From: Callorhinchus milii
Lineage: Eukaryota
Length of the DNA: 64,000 nt
Assembly: GCF_018977255.1 (NCBI RefSeq)
Contig: NW_024704742.1
Location: 55,244,001-55,308,000, forward strand
Direction of reading: 5' to 3'
Positions 1 through 12,400 of this stretch are shown one piece after another. Below the pieces are notes generated by a model. The model saw nothing but the letters and a program-made list of their open reading frames with translations, did not search any database and was not told the origin of the DNA. Made by a program: the position numbers and the translations under genes. How positions within the stretch are numbered: the stretch's first letter is position 1; every line of letters begins with the position of its first letter.

Positions 1-75
1 CTGTGTCTGCCCTCGATCCCCCTTGGTGGGAAACTGATCGTCGGTCCTGTTAGTGAACCACGAAACACTGCCTTC

Positions 76-585
76 AATTCCCCTTTCTCTCTCGGCTCTC
101 CCCCCTCTCCCTCATTCTTCTTCTCCCTCAATCACTCTCTCTACCCTCTCTTACGTACTCTTTCACACACACTCTCTTCTCTCACACGTTCTCTCAATTT
201 CTCTCTCACTCCCCTTCTCACACCCTCTCACATTCTCTCTTCCCTCTCCCACTCCATCTCCCCTTCTCAATCACTCTCTCCCTCTATCCCTCTCTCTCAA
301 TCTCTCTTCCTTCCCCCCTCACATAATCTCTCTCTCACTCCCCTTTCTTACCTCTCTTTCACACACATACTACACACATACTATCTCCCCACTCTTCCTC
401 CCCCCTCACTCTCACACTCACACTCTTTCCCACCCCCCCACTCTCACATTCCCCCTCTCTCAATCTCTGCTCTCTTCCTCTCTTGCTTCCGCCCCCCATC
501 ACAGTCTCTTTCTCCTCCTTTCTTACTTCTCTTTCACACTCATACTATCTCCCCCTTCCCCATCCCTCCTCCACTCCTCCCCCAC
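76..585. repeat. CT/CA-rich polypyrimidine low-complexity tract
   Basis: About 500 nt of degenerate (CT)n/(CA)n with almost no G on the + strand. This explains the S/L/P/H-rich ORF at 53..679. Confidence 0.95.
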
Positions 586-1259
586 TAGAGACTGTAAGCT
601 CAAAATCCTGACACAGGACACACCTGCTTTAACATATAACCTTCTGAGTCAAAAATACTACCGACTGAGTCAGTCTTAAATATTATAAAATCATTTAAAT
701 TATTAGAGGTTCTTTGTTTTGTTGGGTACACACATGTGTAATGTTCTGCTATTCTAAATAAGTGAAACTTAAGTCTGAAACAATGTTTTTTGCAATCGCT
801 ATGTGCAGAATTCTACCAGTTAATTTAAATATAAATAATATTTGTATGTGTTTGTATGGTAAACCACCGCATTGCACAGGATTGGTATTCTGAAACAAAA
901 GTGGTCACATTTCCCAATATGTTAAGTTTACTCTCTACAGGTTATTTTTGTCTCATGCCCCCTTGTGAGGCTCATTGGAAGGAAAAAAACAGCAAGCTCT
1001 ATGGACCAAATTACCTGTTGCTATGCTGTAATACTCTATGATTTTACAGGTTAAAATTTATACTTTCAAATATTTGGAATGAACGATCAGAATTGTAATT
1101 TATATTGAGCATTTCACAGATGGAGAAATAAACCCTATGTCTGTGGGTTCGGATCTGATCCAACTCCCCCCCAACAATTTTTTTTTGAAAAACTGAACCA
1201 GTTTCTGGGAAAATCAATGATCCGTAGAGAGGAGCAGTTGAGTGCATAATAAAAAAAGC

Positions 1260-1900
1260 GAAGTTGTTCCGGGTGTGAATGTGAATAACCGGCAGAGCGA
1301 TGCTGGTGGTCGCAGTGTTTGATCTCCGGGTGGTGGAGGCGGTGGCACTACCCGGAAGTTTGCCTCAGGTTCAGCCTGAAATGGTGGCGGGCGGCGGCGG
1401 CGGCTACTGCGCCTGCGTGCACCGCCCCCCCCACCCCCCCCTCTTCCGGTTCCGTCTCTATGGTTTCAGTAACGGCTCCATTAGCGGAGGCGAGGAGTTA
1501 CTGGTCACGGTTGTGGGGTTAACGCGGGAGAAGCCCCGCAAAGCCCGGCAACTGGAGGCCGCTCGGCCGCGACCGTTACTGGCTCTCAGTCACACACACA
1601 GAGAGAGAGGGCGGCGGCGAGTGACGGACGAGCTGTGACCGGGGATCCATTCCTCTCGATGTTGGCGGCTGCGCTGCCCCCGTTACGCAGGTACCAGTTG
1701 GGCTGAGGGAGGGAGTCCGGGGGCCCGCGGGGCCGCTTCTCAACGGCTTTGTCGGTCCGCCTTCTGTGCGAGGGCCCGGGTTTGTCGGCGGGAGGGCGGG
1801 TTCGCTGTCGCCCAGTGCTCCCGCCGCCGCCGCTCAGGCGGGAGCCGCGCTTTGGCCTCGGCCCCACACGGGCGGTTTGGGGAAAGGTCTTGTTCTGCTT
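1260..1900 (+). promoter_or_regulatory. PCM1: CpG-island promoter of PCM1
   Basis: Abrupt GC- and CpG-rich island in AT-rich DNA, upstream of the first coding exon. It contains an ETS/GABP site CCGGAAGT (1352-1359), an inverted CTTCCGG (1443-1449), an NRF1-like TGCGCCTGCG (1408-1417) and GC boxes. Confidence 0.85.
1440..1690 (+). other. PCM1: PCM1 non-coding exon 1 (5' end approximate)
   Basis: Donor-like CAG|GTACCA at 1690/1691 inside the CpG island. The transcription start cannot be determined from sequence. Confidence 0.55.
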
Positions 1901-2003
1901 TCCGCGCCCTCCCGCTCCAAACTGTCCCAAACTCCACCGTGTTGGGAAAAACATACTTCCTTCCATTGGATTCTTTCCCGTGACAATTCATCCTTCGATG
2001 CTT

Positions 2004-2582
2004 AATAATAATAATAATAATAATAATAAACCCTGCATTTGATACAGCGCTTTTCACCTCTTCGAGACGTCTCAAAGTGCTTTTTGTGAACTTTCATTTT
2101 ACTGCGCTCTGATTTAGTCCGAAGCCAATGGTGTGAATTGAACGTCTCGTACTTGTTTTTACGATTGAGAGTCGGGTTGTCAACGACGACCGAAACCCCG
2201 GCCCCGGAATGTTGATTAATTTTTACTTGTTTTTTAAAACAAACCGCGAGTTAAAAGTTTACGGGATATGTAACGTAGCATCACGTCGGGATGTGTGAAG
2301 GATATTTGCGTAGTAATAGTAAACCCTGCATTTGATATCGCGCTTTTCACCTCTTCGAGACGTCTCAAAGTGCTTTTTGTGAACTTTCATGTGACTCTGG
2401 TCTGGTTCAGTTAGAAGACGTCTCAAAGCACTTCGCAGAATACACTGTGAAGTGAATTGACCGTATATTTGTGGGCGAAACGCAGCAGCCAATTGCACAC
2501 AGCAATGTCCCACAAACAGTCATGGATTGAAGTGACCAGTTTAATTGTTTTGTTTTTCTTGAAGGATTATTATTATTATTAA
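2004..2582 (-). mobile_element. Cluster of 5'-truncated Deu-type SINE pieces, with (AAT)n and a local duplication
   Basis: Reverse complement of the SINE tail at 2027-2097 and 2320-2390, and of the SINE body at 2413-2582. Confidence 0.85.
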
Positions 2583-3048
2583 TACTACATGATAAATGCA
2601 GTGGCAAAACATCATTATAATAGGGTATTGTCACCCCTGAAAACCGGGAAACTTTTTCATGATTGTATAAACATGATGTGAATTATGTTCCCCCCCCCCA
2701 CCCCCCGCTGTTCAAGCAAGGTGGTTTAGAATCTGCTCTTTCGTTTTACAATTTGATCTTAGCAACTACTGGAAATCCATTTGCTGTTTGTAAATAATAC
2801 TTAATATTGCATTTCCTTTTTAAGAAGAGATTAGTATGTGAAACCTGCAGGTATAAAAACGTTTGAGAAGATGCGATACTTAAAAAAAAAGGAGAGTTCA
2901 TTGATTCGGATGATTTAGTAATAGTATCCGTGAAGATATGTATTTAACGCAGCAAAATTGCTAATTAAAGAATATGAAGGTTGAGAAAGAAACCTGGAAA
3001 GCAACTTACATGTGACTACTGAATGTATAATTTTTTCAACTCCTCATA

Positions 3049-3170
3049 TTATAATAAGAATAATCCTTGCATTTGATACAGCGCCTTATCATGTCTTCGC
3101 AATGTCTCAATGCGCATCACACAATATTCTGTAAAGTGAATTGGCTGTATATTTTGGGGGCAAAACCCAC
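3049..3170 (-). mobile_element. SINE 3' tail fragment
   Basis: ataatccttgcatttgatacagcgccttatcatgtcttcg... matches the family tail. Confidence 0.8.
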
Positions 3171-3353
3171 AAGATACTCTTTGAGTTTTCAGCATATGAA
3201 AATGCTGGTCAATGAAAAGTTTTATAATAGATTCCAATTTTTAATATCTAATGCAGAATGTTTCTGATGGTATTAGAATATGCTGTAATGATATTGTACT
3301 CGCCTGTTAAATATAAAAACTGAAATACTGACTTTGATATTTAGTGAACAAAG

Positions 3354-3458
3354 ATGGCGACAGGAGGCGCTCCCTTGTTTGAAGAAGGCATTGAAGGGCA
3401 AGACTTGCCCAACCGTACTGTGAACAGTGGAAGTCTCGATGATCGACTTAATAACAGG
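3354..3458 (+). CDS. PCM1: PCM1 exon 2 (start codon)
   Basis: aagATGG strong Kozak context; [35 protein letters not shown]; donor gtaaga. Confidence 0.95.
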
Positions 3459-6400
3459 GTAAGATAGAATTATTTTATTAGGGGTTTAAAAAAATTTAGG
3501 TTAATGTTAAATTAGTGAAACTTTTATGAATCTGTAGTGATGTAGAAATTGTATTAGGCTACTTATTTTTTTCAGGACTTTAAATCTACTGAATTGAAAT
3601 ATCTAAATAAATGCAATCTGTTTAATGTTTTAGGTTGATGGCCTTTTGTCAGAACTGAACTGACAAAAGGTTATCGACCTGAAATGTTAACTCACTTTCC
3701 TCTCTTCATAGATGCTGCCTGACCTGCTGAGTTCTCCCAGCAACTTCTATGTTTATTTTAGGACAATACTCCAATGTTACAGTATGTTGCTTGTTGGCAT
3801 ATTCTCTTTCTTTGCAACATCAAGGTCTTGATAAAATCTGTACGTAGAACATGATGAATAATTGTAAAACTTGCCAGTCAGAATCACTAAAATCAATTTC
3901 AGTTCTATTGTGCTCCAGGTAGCTCAACTCTCTTAGTTTGGACTTTAGCTTGTAGGGTGGAGGACATGTCTTGCTGCTCCATGTCTTGAAGAATTAGAAG
4001 GATCTTTTAGCTGTAACCAATACTTTCAGTTGCTGAAGATCAGCTTGACTTTGTTAGGCATGTCTCATCTGAATCTGTGGCATCCCGTTAACTCCATGGG
4101 ACACATCGTGGCGCATTTGAGAGCTTCTCTCATGACTCGTAAGTGGAATTATGTTTTGGAACATTGCTCTGGACATAATATGCAGTAGATCCTTTTATTA
4201 CATAGTGGTGAAGAGAGCCCCATAAACTCTCAAACAGAGCTTGGATGGGGCACAATCGTTGACCTGTGCAATGCACAGAGCTTCCTGCGCATGGCCAGCT
4301 TTCTGTGCGACAAAATGGCGATTTTCTGGGTTCAGGTCACTGCTGATATCACTTCTTCCACGTTCATAATGTGCAGGGAATTACTTCAGTAGAGACCCAA
4401 TCATCTTTTTTAGTATTGAGAAGTTAAAATGATCTACTTCTGTGTGGTTAGATCGCCACTGACTTATTTAAGTGAACTGGCCGGCTTATTGACCGCATTT
4501 TCACGCCAGTTTTATTCAAAAGCAATCCTGAATTCTAACTAAACATAATGAAGTTTCACTGTTATTAGTAGTAACTGAGTATTTTTATAACTGAAATAAT
4601 TAACTTAAAAGAGTTTATTTCAGTAGAGTTTGTAATGTTGAATATTCTTCAGCTGCAATGAATTTTTTGTTGTAGCAAGAATTTTTCTTTTTGAATCCTG
4701 CAATCCTGTCTGCGGAGACGAGGTGCAAGAGCAAGGTATAAATCCTTTACTGAACTGCTGCAGCTCAGTCATTGTGTAACAATCTTATCCACTAATGGCT
4801 ATTATGAATATTCCAGGGTCTGTTGCTCTGAAATGGAAAATTGATCTGTTTAAAGTTTTCGTATCTTATGTTTTAACTCTGTTTGCAATTTCAAAAAGTA
4901 TAAAATACTTTTAATGGAGTTCTTCAAATAATCTCAGGTGTCTTTTTCTAAAGGAAATTGAAACATTTCATAATATGTTTTTGATTTTTCTAAATATCAA
5001 TGGTGCTACCATTTTAAAAATCCAGCGTGTTGTAAAGGGCCAAGGTCAAAGAGATGGAACATATATGTCCTATTTTTCACAGGATTGGGGTCTTCAGTAT
5101 AAGAAAGCGAATCGATCATCTGAGAAGAACAAGAAAAAGCTAAGTGCAGGCAGTGAAAGCCGACTTACAAATGATATCTCTCCTGAATCCTCTCCCGGGG
5201 TTGGGCGCCGTAGGACAAAAACTCCAAAGACTTATCCACCCACAAAGCATCCATCTCAGTTTTCTGTTCCGGACTCTGCAGAGTTTGAGAGGCTCAAGCA
5301 GCGAATAAACTTCAGTGATTTAGATGAGGTATGTAAATGTAAGCTTTTTTTGGAGGTTTTATTTTGGTAGTTATTTTATCAACTGTTCGAAATGTTAGTG
5401 ACTGATATCGTTTAAACAATTTGTGTATTTTAAATTATTTTAAAAAATGAATATATGATATAGTAAACTTATTTGTACAATGGGGTTTTCCAATTGAATT
5501 CCTAGTTTTGAGAAGTTGAACTAGCCTAAGGCTTAGTTGGGGTCTTGCCAGTTTGAGTTTGCTTTCACTTTGAGAATCAAGGTAGTAAAAAGATAGATTG
5601 TGCTAGATTGATGCAAATTCTTTTCTAAAAATGAAAAAAAGAAGGAATTATGCATGCAATAATCAGAATTAACATTCAATAATTTTTATTAATGGAAATG
5701 TGTTCTATTAAGGTAGTAATAAAGCTACAGAAATGTCAGAAGTAACATTTTTTGCCATGAGTTGAAAACCTACAAAATCATCTTTCCTGAAAAGTAATGC
5801 GTTTGCACGTACCTAAGTAGTTAAGACCAGTTACTGTATTAATTCAGTAATATTGTCAGCTTGTATCTACAGTGTAGAAATGGGAGGTGTGCTGCACTTG
5901 CCCAATCGTGCTCAGGTGACTTGTATTCCTTGGCCCAAGACAATTGGGAATGCTGCCAGGAGCTTTACAAATAAAATTAGCATCAGATTTTGGAAGCTGT
6001 TAAAATAACGTTGCTATAAAAAAANTTACAATGATTGACTTGTGCCAAAATTTTGAAAAAGTTATTCAGGATAGATTATAATGAATAGATTAAAAAACAG
6101 ATTGTATTTCATTGCCTTCTTGTGGGTACATATTTTAGGTATTGTGTTCGCAGGGCTCATCGGGCTGACAAGAGTGAATTTCATGAAAGTGACTTTGCTT
6201 GGCATGATTTTCAGTCATGGATGTTGATTGGAAGGTGTCCAAACCTGTAAACTTCAGTAACCATCTGGGAATTGATAAGTTGGTTCTGACTTGGACTTTC
6301 CACAGTTGGAAAGTTTACATATCTTCTTGTAATTCCATAATTTCTTGTGTAAATGTGTGTAATGATTTACACCCATCACACCATCGATTTTAGGATCCTC

Positions 6401-9400
6401 ACACTTGTTTTCAAATCCCTTCATGCCCTGGTATCTCCCTACCTCTCTGACCTGCTTACCCCCCAACCCACTACCTGCTGCATCCGCTTAACAGGTTCCA
6501 GCCTTCTGCGTGTCCTTCATGCCCTCCGTTCCACCATCAGTAACTGCACTTTCAACCACTACGCCCTGAAATTCTGGAACACTCTTCCTGTATCCCTCTG
6601 TCTTGCCCCATCCTTCCTTCTTTAGCGAGCTGTATTGCCCTGCGACAATTGGGAAGAACATTTTTAAAGTTTCAGCAACTGAAACTCTTTCAACACGTGG
6701 TCATTGACAGTCTTAGAGTGTAGCAAGACAGTAATACAGGATAGAAGATGGCAAAAAACACACAAAATATTTGTTACAAGCAACGATTCATTGAAATCGT
6801 GTACATTTTTGAAGTCTATTATATGCAGACTGAAGGAGGAAATAAGTTTTCAGGCGAGCAGTTTTTAGTCCAGTGGATTTGCATGGTTTTGACCTAACCA
6901 CTGCTGAATACCCAGTTGATTATCATTCCGGAAATATTCAAAAAGCAAAATGCCAACTCTGCAGCTCATGTCCTCTCCCGCATTAGGCCCCATCACCCTC
7001 ACCCGGTTCCACTGGCTTCTCATCCCCCAGAGGATAGTTCAAAATCCTTGTCCTCAAATTCAAAGCTCTCCACAAGCTTCTCCTTCCTACCTCTACGACC
7101 TGCTAACCCCATATCAACTTCTCCGCTACCTCCGCTCAGTAGACTGTGGCCTGTTCCACCATCGGAGGTCAGGCTTTAGCTTCTCTGCCTCCACGCTTTG
7201 AAACTCCATCCCACATTCCTTTTACCTCACTCCCTCCCTTGCCTCCTTCAAGGTGCGTCTCAAAAACCTCTTCGGGCACCCTCCATGATCCCAACCCCCA
7301 GCATGGGTCCAAATCGGTGACTGTCCAGCGTCTTGGGATGTCCTCCTGACATGAAAGGCGCTATACAAGTGTAATTTTGCATTGTATGCTAAATCTTAAA
7401 ACTGCTAACTGTTCTCTTCATGTGAAATTTGTGAAGAAACCATTGGTGAAGGGTTTATACATCCACAAAATATGCAGTCAATTCACTTTACAGTATATTC
7501 TGTGAAGCGCTTTGAGTTGTGTAGAAGATTCTATATCAAATTGAAGGATTATTATTATTCATTGCTTCAAAGTGTACATGGTACAAAATCTACATTTAAC
7601 CAGAAATCTAAATTAATTTTATAATAATAACCCTTGTATTTAATATAGAGTCTTATCGTGTCGTTGAGACGTCTCAAAGTGCTTCACAGAATATATTATC
7701 TGTATTTTGTGAGCAATTATAATTTAAATTGACTAATTTAAGGGAACACTTGATTAATTCTGTTCAATAACTCTTAGATTACTTGATGACTGACTCGGCT
7801 ATAAAGGAAACAATAGAAATGCAGATACATCATATTATAGTTTTTTTTAACACTGAATGCATATTGATTGTAACATTTGTTGGTTAGCGGAGCATTGGGA
7901 GTGATTCTCATGGTCGAGCGACTGCTGCTAACAACCAACGTCCACCTGTTGAAAATAGGAAGCCATTCAACTTTCTCCAACAGCAGATTAACAGCAATAA
8001 AAGCAAAGCACCCATGTTAAGTCCACGAAGCAGAGAAACGAGAACTACTGCTCAAAGACTGGATTTGTTTGTTTCTGTAACCAAGGATTCATTGCAAATT
8101 GATCAGCTCTCGCTTGCAGATGAAAGAGGAGAACCTGCTATAGAGAGCAGTCAGGTATGATATTTCAGTGGTTTAATTAAAAGTTTAATCTTAGTTTCTC
8201 TTGGCTAATAATAATAATCCTTGCATTTGTGATAGTTTGTTATTTGTGCATTTGCCCACAAATATACAATCAATTCACTTTGCAGCATATTCTGAAACAT
8301 TTTGAGACGTCTAGAAGACGTGAAAAGCGCTATACCAAATGCAAGGATTATTAGTGCAGTGCTTTTCATTTCATGACTGTAAATGTAGGTAAACGAGGCA
8401 ACCTAAGTAATGTAAATAGTGTATATTTTCTTTTGACTGGGTGATGAAGTAATACAAATAAATTAGTTTGATTAAAACATTAATTCTACAGTTGTAAAGT
8501 GTCTCAGAATAAATTGTGAATTATTGAATATCATAATCCTTGTATTTGAAACTGCCTATAAAGTCAATGTTTCTAAGTGCTTCACAGGTATTTGCTGTAA
8601 AAGTGCAATGACTATGTGTTTGTAGGTGAATGCCAACCAGTTTGTGCACAGCAATATCCTACATACAGTGATTATAAGTAAATTACTTTTTTGTAGGGGG
8701 GTGTTGGCCAGGACACTTGGAGAAACTTTCTTCAGTTTTCAACCAGTGTGGTCCACCTGGATAGGCAGATGAGACTAGTTTAAAATCTGAAGAACAAAAT
8801 TTCTGGCGATGCATTGCTCTCCAGCACTTCATCAATTGGCACCAGGCTTACATCAGCATCGTGAGGTTACAGTACAGGTTCACACTCCAGTGAACTTGTA
8901 CTATGACCTCAAAACCCTGATATAGGGCTGGTGCCAGTTGGTGCTTAATTCTGGGTGTATTTCTGCTGTGGATTCATAACTCTGGGGGGACTCTGCCCAA
9001 TCTTATTTCATTGAGCAGACAGCAGAGAGATTGCTTTCAGTGTGAGATGGATTAACTCTTAGAGTGCAGAGAAGAAAAGTCTAATTCACTGTCCTACACA
9101 AAAAAAACACAGGAAGTTAATTTGTAAATGTCATTTCAGGCAACAATGTGAATAAGATCTATCATTGATGCATACCTCCTTTCATTTTTGGAAATGATTT
9201 GATAAGCTAATTCACTGGTGCAAGCTTTAGCAGAATGAGTTTTTTTCCACTTTACATTAACTTAAATTCCGTGAGTGTAACTTTGGGGAGAACTGAAAAC
9301 CAAAAATCTAGGAGCTTTGTAAAAAGAGATTAACATTTGGAAGAACAGATGTACTGAAAGGCATCTGATGCTCAATTTTACTCTGAATCTTTTCTATGAA

Positions 9401-12400
9401 ATGTTTGCTGAAATAAGTACTCACAAAGCTCCAAAACACATTTTAAACTAAATTCGTAAAGTAGACACATCAAAGGTGATGCGGGAACTCTTGAGTAAAT
9501 GTTCATTAATAATTGTAAAGCAGTGATACCACTTTACATGTATTCCTTTTGTACAACAACAAAATTACATTTCTGAAACTCCAAGATGGCTGTGAAACTA
9601 TGTGCCTTACAAGGATAAAGTTTCTATCCTCTTGTATTTGGTAATTATCAGCATAAGATGTTTTTATGAAGCATTGTTCCCTTGCATTTTCTATTCTCTT
9701 CTCTCTTTTGCACCCAAGCTTATCAAATTTCCACAGTATTTCCTTATAGGGGTTAACTTATTCTTCAGGGAGGACAAGATGCACAACTTAGTTTGGCAGT
9801 TTCTGATTGTAAGATAATAGATTTAATTTAGCATTTGTACAACTGTGTGCCAACTATGCCCTGCTAATTGAGGTGGTCGAGACCGAATCCATGTCGGCTT
9901 TCAAGAGGTAACTGGTGGGCTATCTAAAAAGGAATAATTTGCAGGTATATATATATAATGAACAATAAATAATTCTTACGTTTGGAATTGCACCTTTGAC
10001 GTCGGAAGGACATCCCAAACCGCTTCTCTGGATATTCTCTAAAGTGCAGAGATTGTGTGTGTAGGTGAATGCGGCAGTCCATTTGAACACAGCAATGTCC
10101 CACAAATATCCATGAAGTGAATGATCAATCTTATTTGGGAGATTGTTGGTCCAAATTGCAGAAAAGGCATGTAAATTGCGCTGAATGGATGTCTCTTTCA
10201 AAGCCAGTATAGATGTGGTGGGCTGAATCGCCATCTTCTGTGCTGTAAATTTAAATTCAAGTGTGCATATATATATATTTTTAATAAATAAATCAGTGAT
10301 GTGGAACAGACTGCAGCTGAGTGTCTTTGTCAAGCTGTTTCTTAGATAATGTATGGCAATTGATTTAGGGTTGACTGTAATTCAGTCAGTCACAGATATC
10401 TAGTAGAAAGAGGCAGGTGGTTAAGGTAATTGTTCCTTGACATCAATGTGTTAGAAGATTGACCATGATGAATAAAACCAACAAAAAATATCACACAACT
10501 CCTTTTAAGATATACTTATGTTTGGATTTTGACAAATAGATTGTAAGCAGACTTATTCAGATTCGTGATTATATCTGCAAAGCTCGTTCCATGCGAGATG
10601 ATCTTATGGAGAAAAATGAAAGATCTGCTAATGTGGAGCGTCTGTCTCAGCTGATAGAACATCTAAAAGAACAGGAAAAGTCTTACATGAAATTTTTGCA
10701 GAAGATGCTGGTATGTTTGCTTTTTAAAAAATGTGTATACTTTTCACAATGAAGGCAAAGAGTTCCCACATTGCCTGTACAGCCTGATTTCACCTATTTG
10801 TATATGGGTTACAGCTTTTTGTAGCCTCCATTTCCCTTTTCACCACTTGATGTTGGTGGCTCTTGTTGGGTACAATTTCACAGATACTCAGGTGGCTATT
10901 CTGTGAATATAGACTTTTAGCAGGTCATTTAACCATGGGATATATTACAACTTAAATGTGATATGATTGCTATCCACATCCACTTATCCATTTCCAGCAT
11001 TGGTTACTATTAATAATAGTCATCCTTAAATTTGATCTTGTGCCTCTCACATCAGGAGGACATCTCAAAGCACGAGAGGAAGTGCTGTAAAGTGTAGTGA
11101 CTGGACAAACCACGGCAGCCAATTGTGCATAGCATTGTCCCTCAAACAGACATGGATTGGGTGACCAAATTATCTTTTTTTTAAGGGATTATTAGTCCCA
11201 GAAATGTGATCCGCCAGTCGACTAAACAAGTTGGTTCTACTTGCTGCAAGGTAAGCAGAGGTGTGTGGAGTAAGGAAACTTGCCCAACATTTCGCCCTGC
11301 TGGAAATCAAACCCAGGTCATCTTGCTTACCAGGTGTTTTAGCCACTAAATTACAGGACACCTGGAATTTAAATCTGACAATTAAAAAACATCCATTACT
11401 AATTGAGGTCAATACTATTGTGGATAAACAGTGTGGATAATTAGATATGTAAAATGCAAATTGGTGGCAGTCCTAACTTAAAAAAAATTCTGCCATCAGG
11501 AGTTATACTTTCACTTAATACTTAATACATTCAGTGCCCCCCCCCTCTCTCTCTCATCTCTCTATCTTTTATTCTAAATAATAATGAAGTATCCCAAATT
11601 AGGGGTAATCTATCCTAAATTAGGGGTAATCTAAATCCAGTGCCTAGTGGGTGCAAATTCACAGCAACATTCTGCTTTCAGCGAAGTAGTTGATTGGTGA
11701 TCTTGCTGAAAGTCCATGAGAATGAATGGCATAGGAAATGGGGAAAATGCCATTGAAGTAAAATAATTCAGTAGCAGATGTTATTGTTCTGTGTCATTGA
11801 TAACTAAAATCATTAAATTTATTGCATGAATCTGCTAACTTGATTTTTCAATTTAAAATGTTTCAGGCGAGAGAGAATGAAGAAGATGAAGTCGGCACAA
11901 CAGATTCAGCTGTTGGTTCTGGATCTGTGGCTGATAGCACATCTCTGAATATAGATGTACAATCTGAAGCATCAGATGCCACGGTAAGTTCTAATGTATT
12001 TATTGATAAGCTCCATAAATAACTGGTTTTAAAATACTTGAAGTTAATAGACAATTATAAAATGCAGACTAAATTTTAGTACTAGGTTGTAAGCATTGAG
12101 ACGACAGGTTACGCTGAAATATTTTCTTCACCTTTTGTTTTTGTTGTGAAGGAAGTGTGTTTAAAGTTAGACCAGATTTTGTGTAAAAGCTGTTTTTTTA
12201 AAGCTTTCGTTAGTGATTTAATTATTCACGAATGTCTTAACTAAACTGTTTGATAAAGGAGGCATCTCATAGTCTGAGAGTTCGGCCCCGCATTGAGGAC
12301 AATCTAGGAAATACAGCCTCACAAGCACAGGGTTCTTCAGTTACTTCAACTCCAAAAAGGGAAACTGACAGGCTTGGTCTGAATGACAGGCGATTCTGGC

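Noticed and set aside
53..679. 208-aa S/L/P/H-rich ORF
   Set aside because: It is the translation of a CT-rich low-complexity tract that lacks stop codons because of its composition.
1300..2075. Several overlapping ORFs on both strands
   Set aside because: These are GC-rich CpG-island artefacts with no recognisable protein. I found no evidence for a divergent gene.
3660..3692. Active hammerhead ribozyme
   Set aside because: The core reads CTGACAA rather than CTGANGA, the inverted copy also lacks GAAA, and the long hairpin would sequester both.
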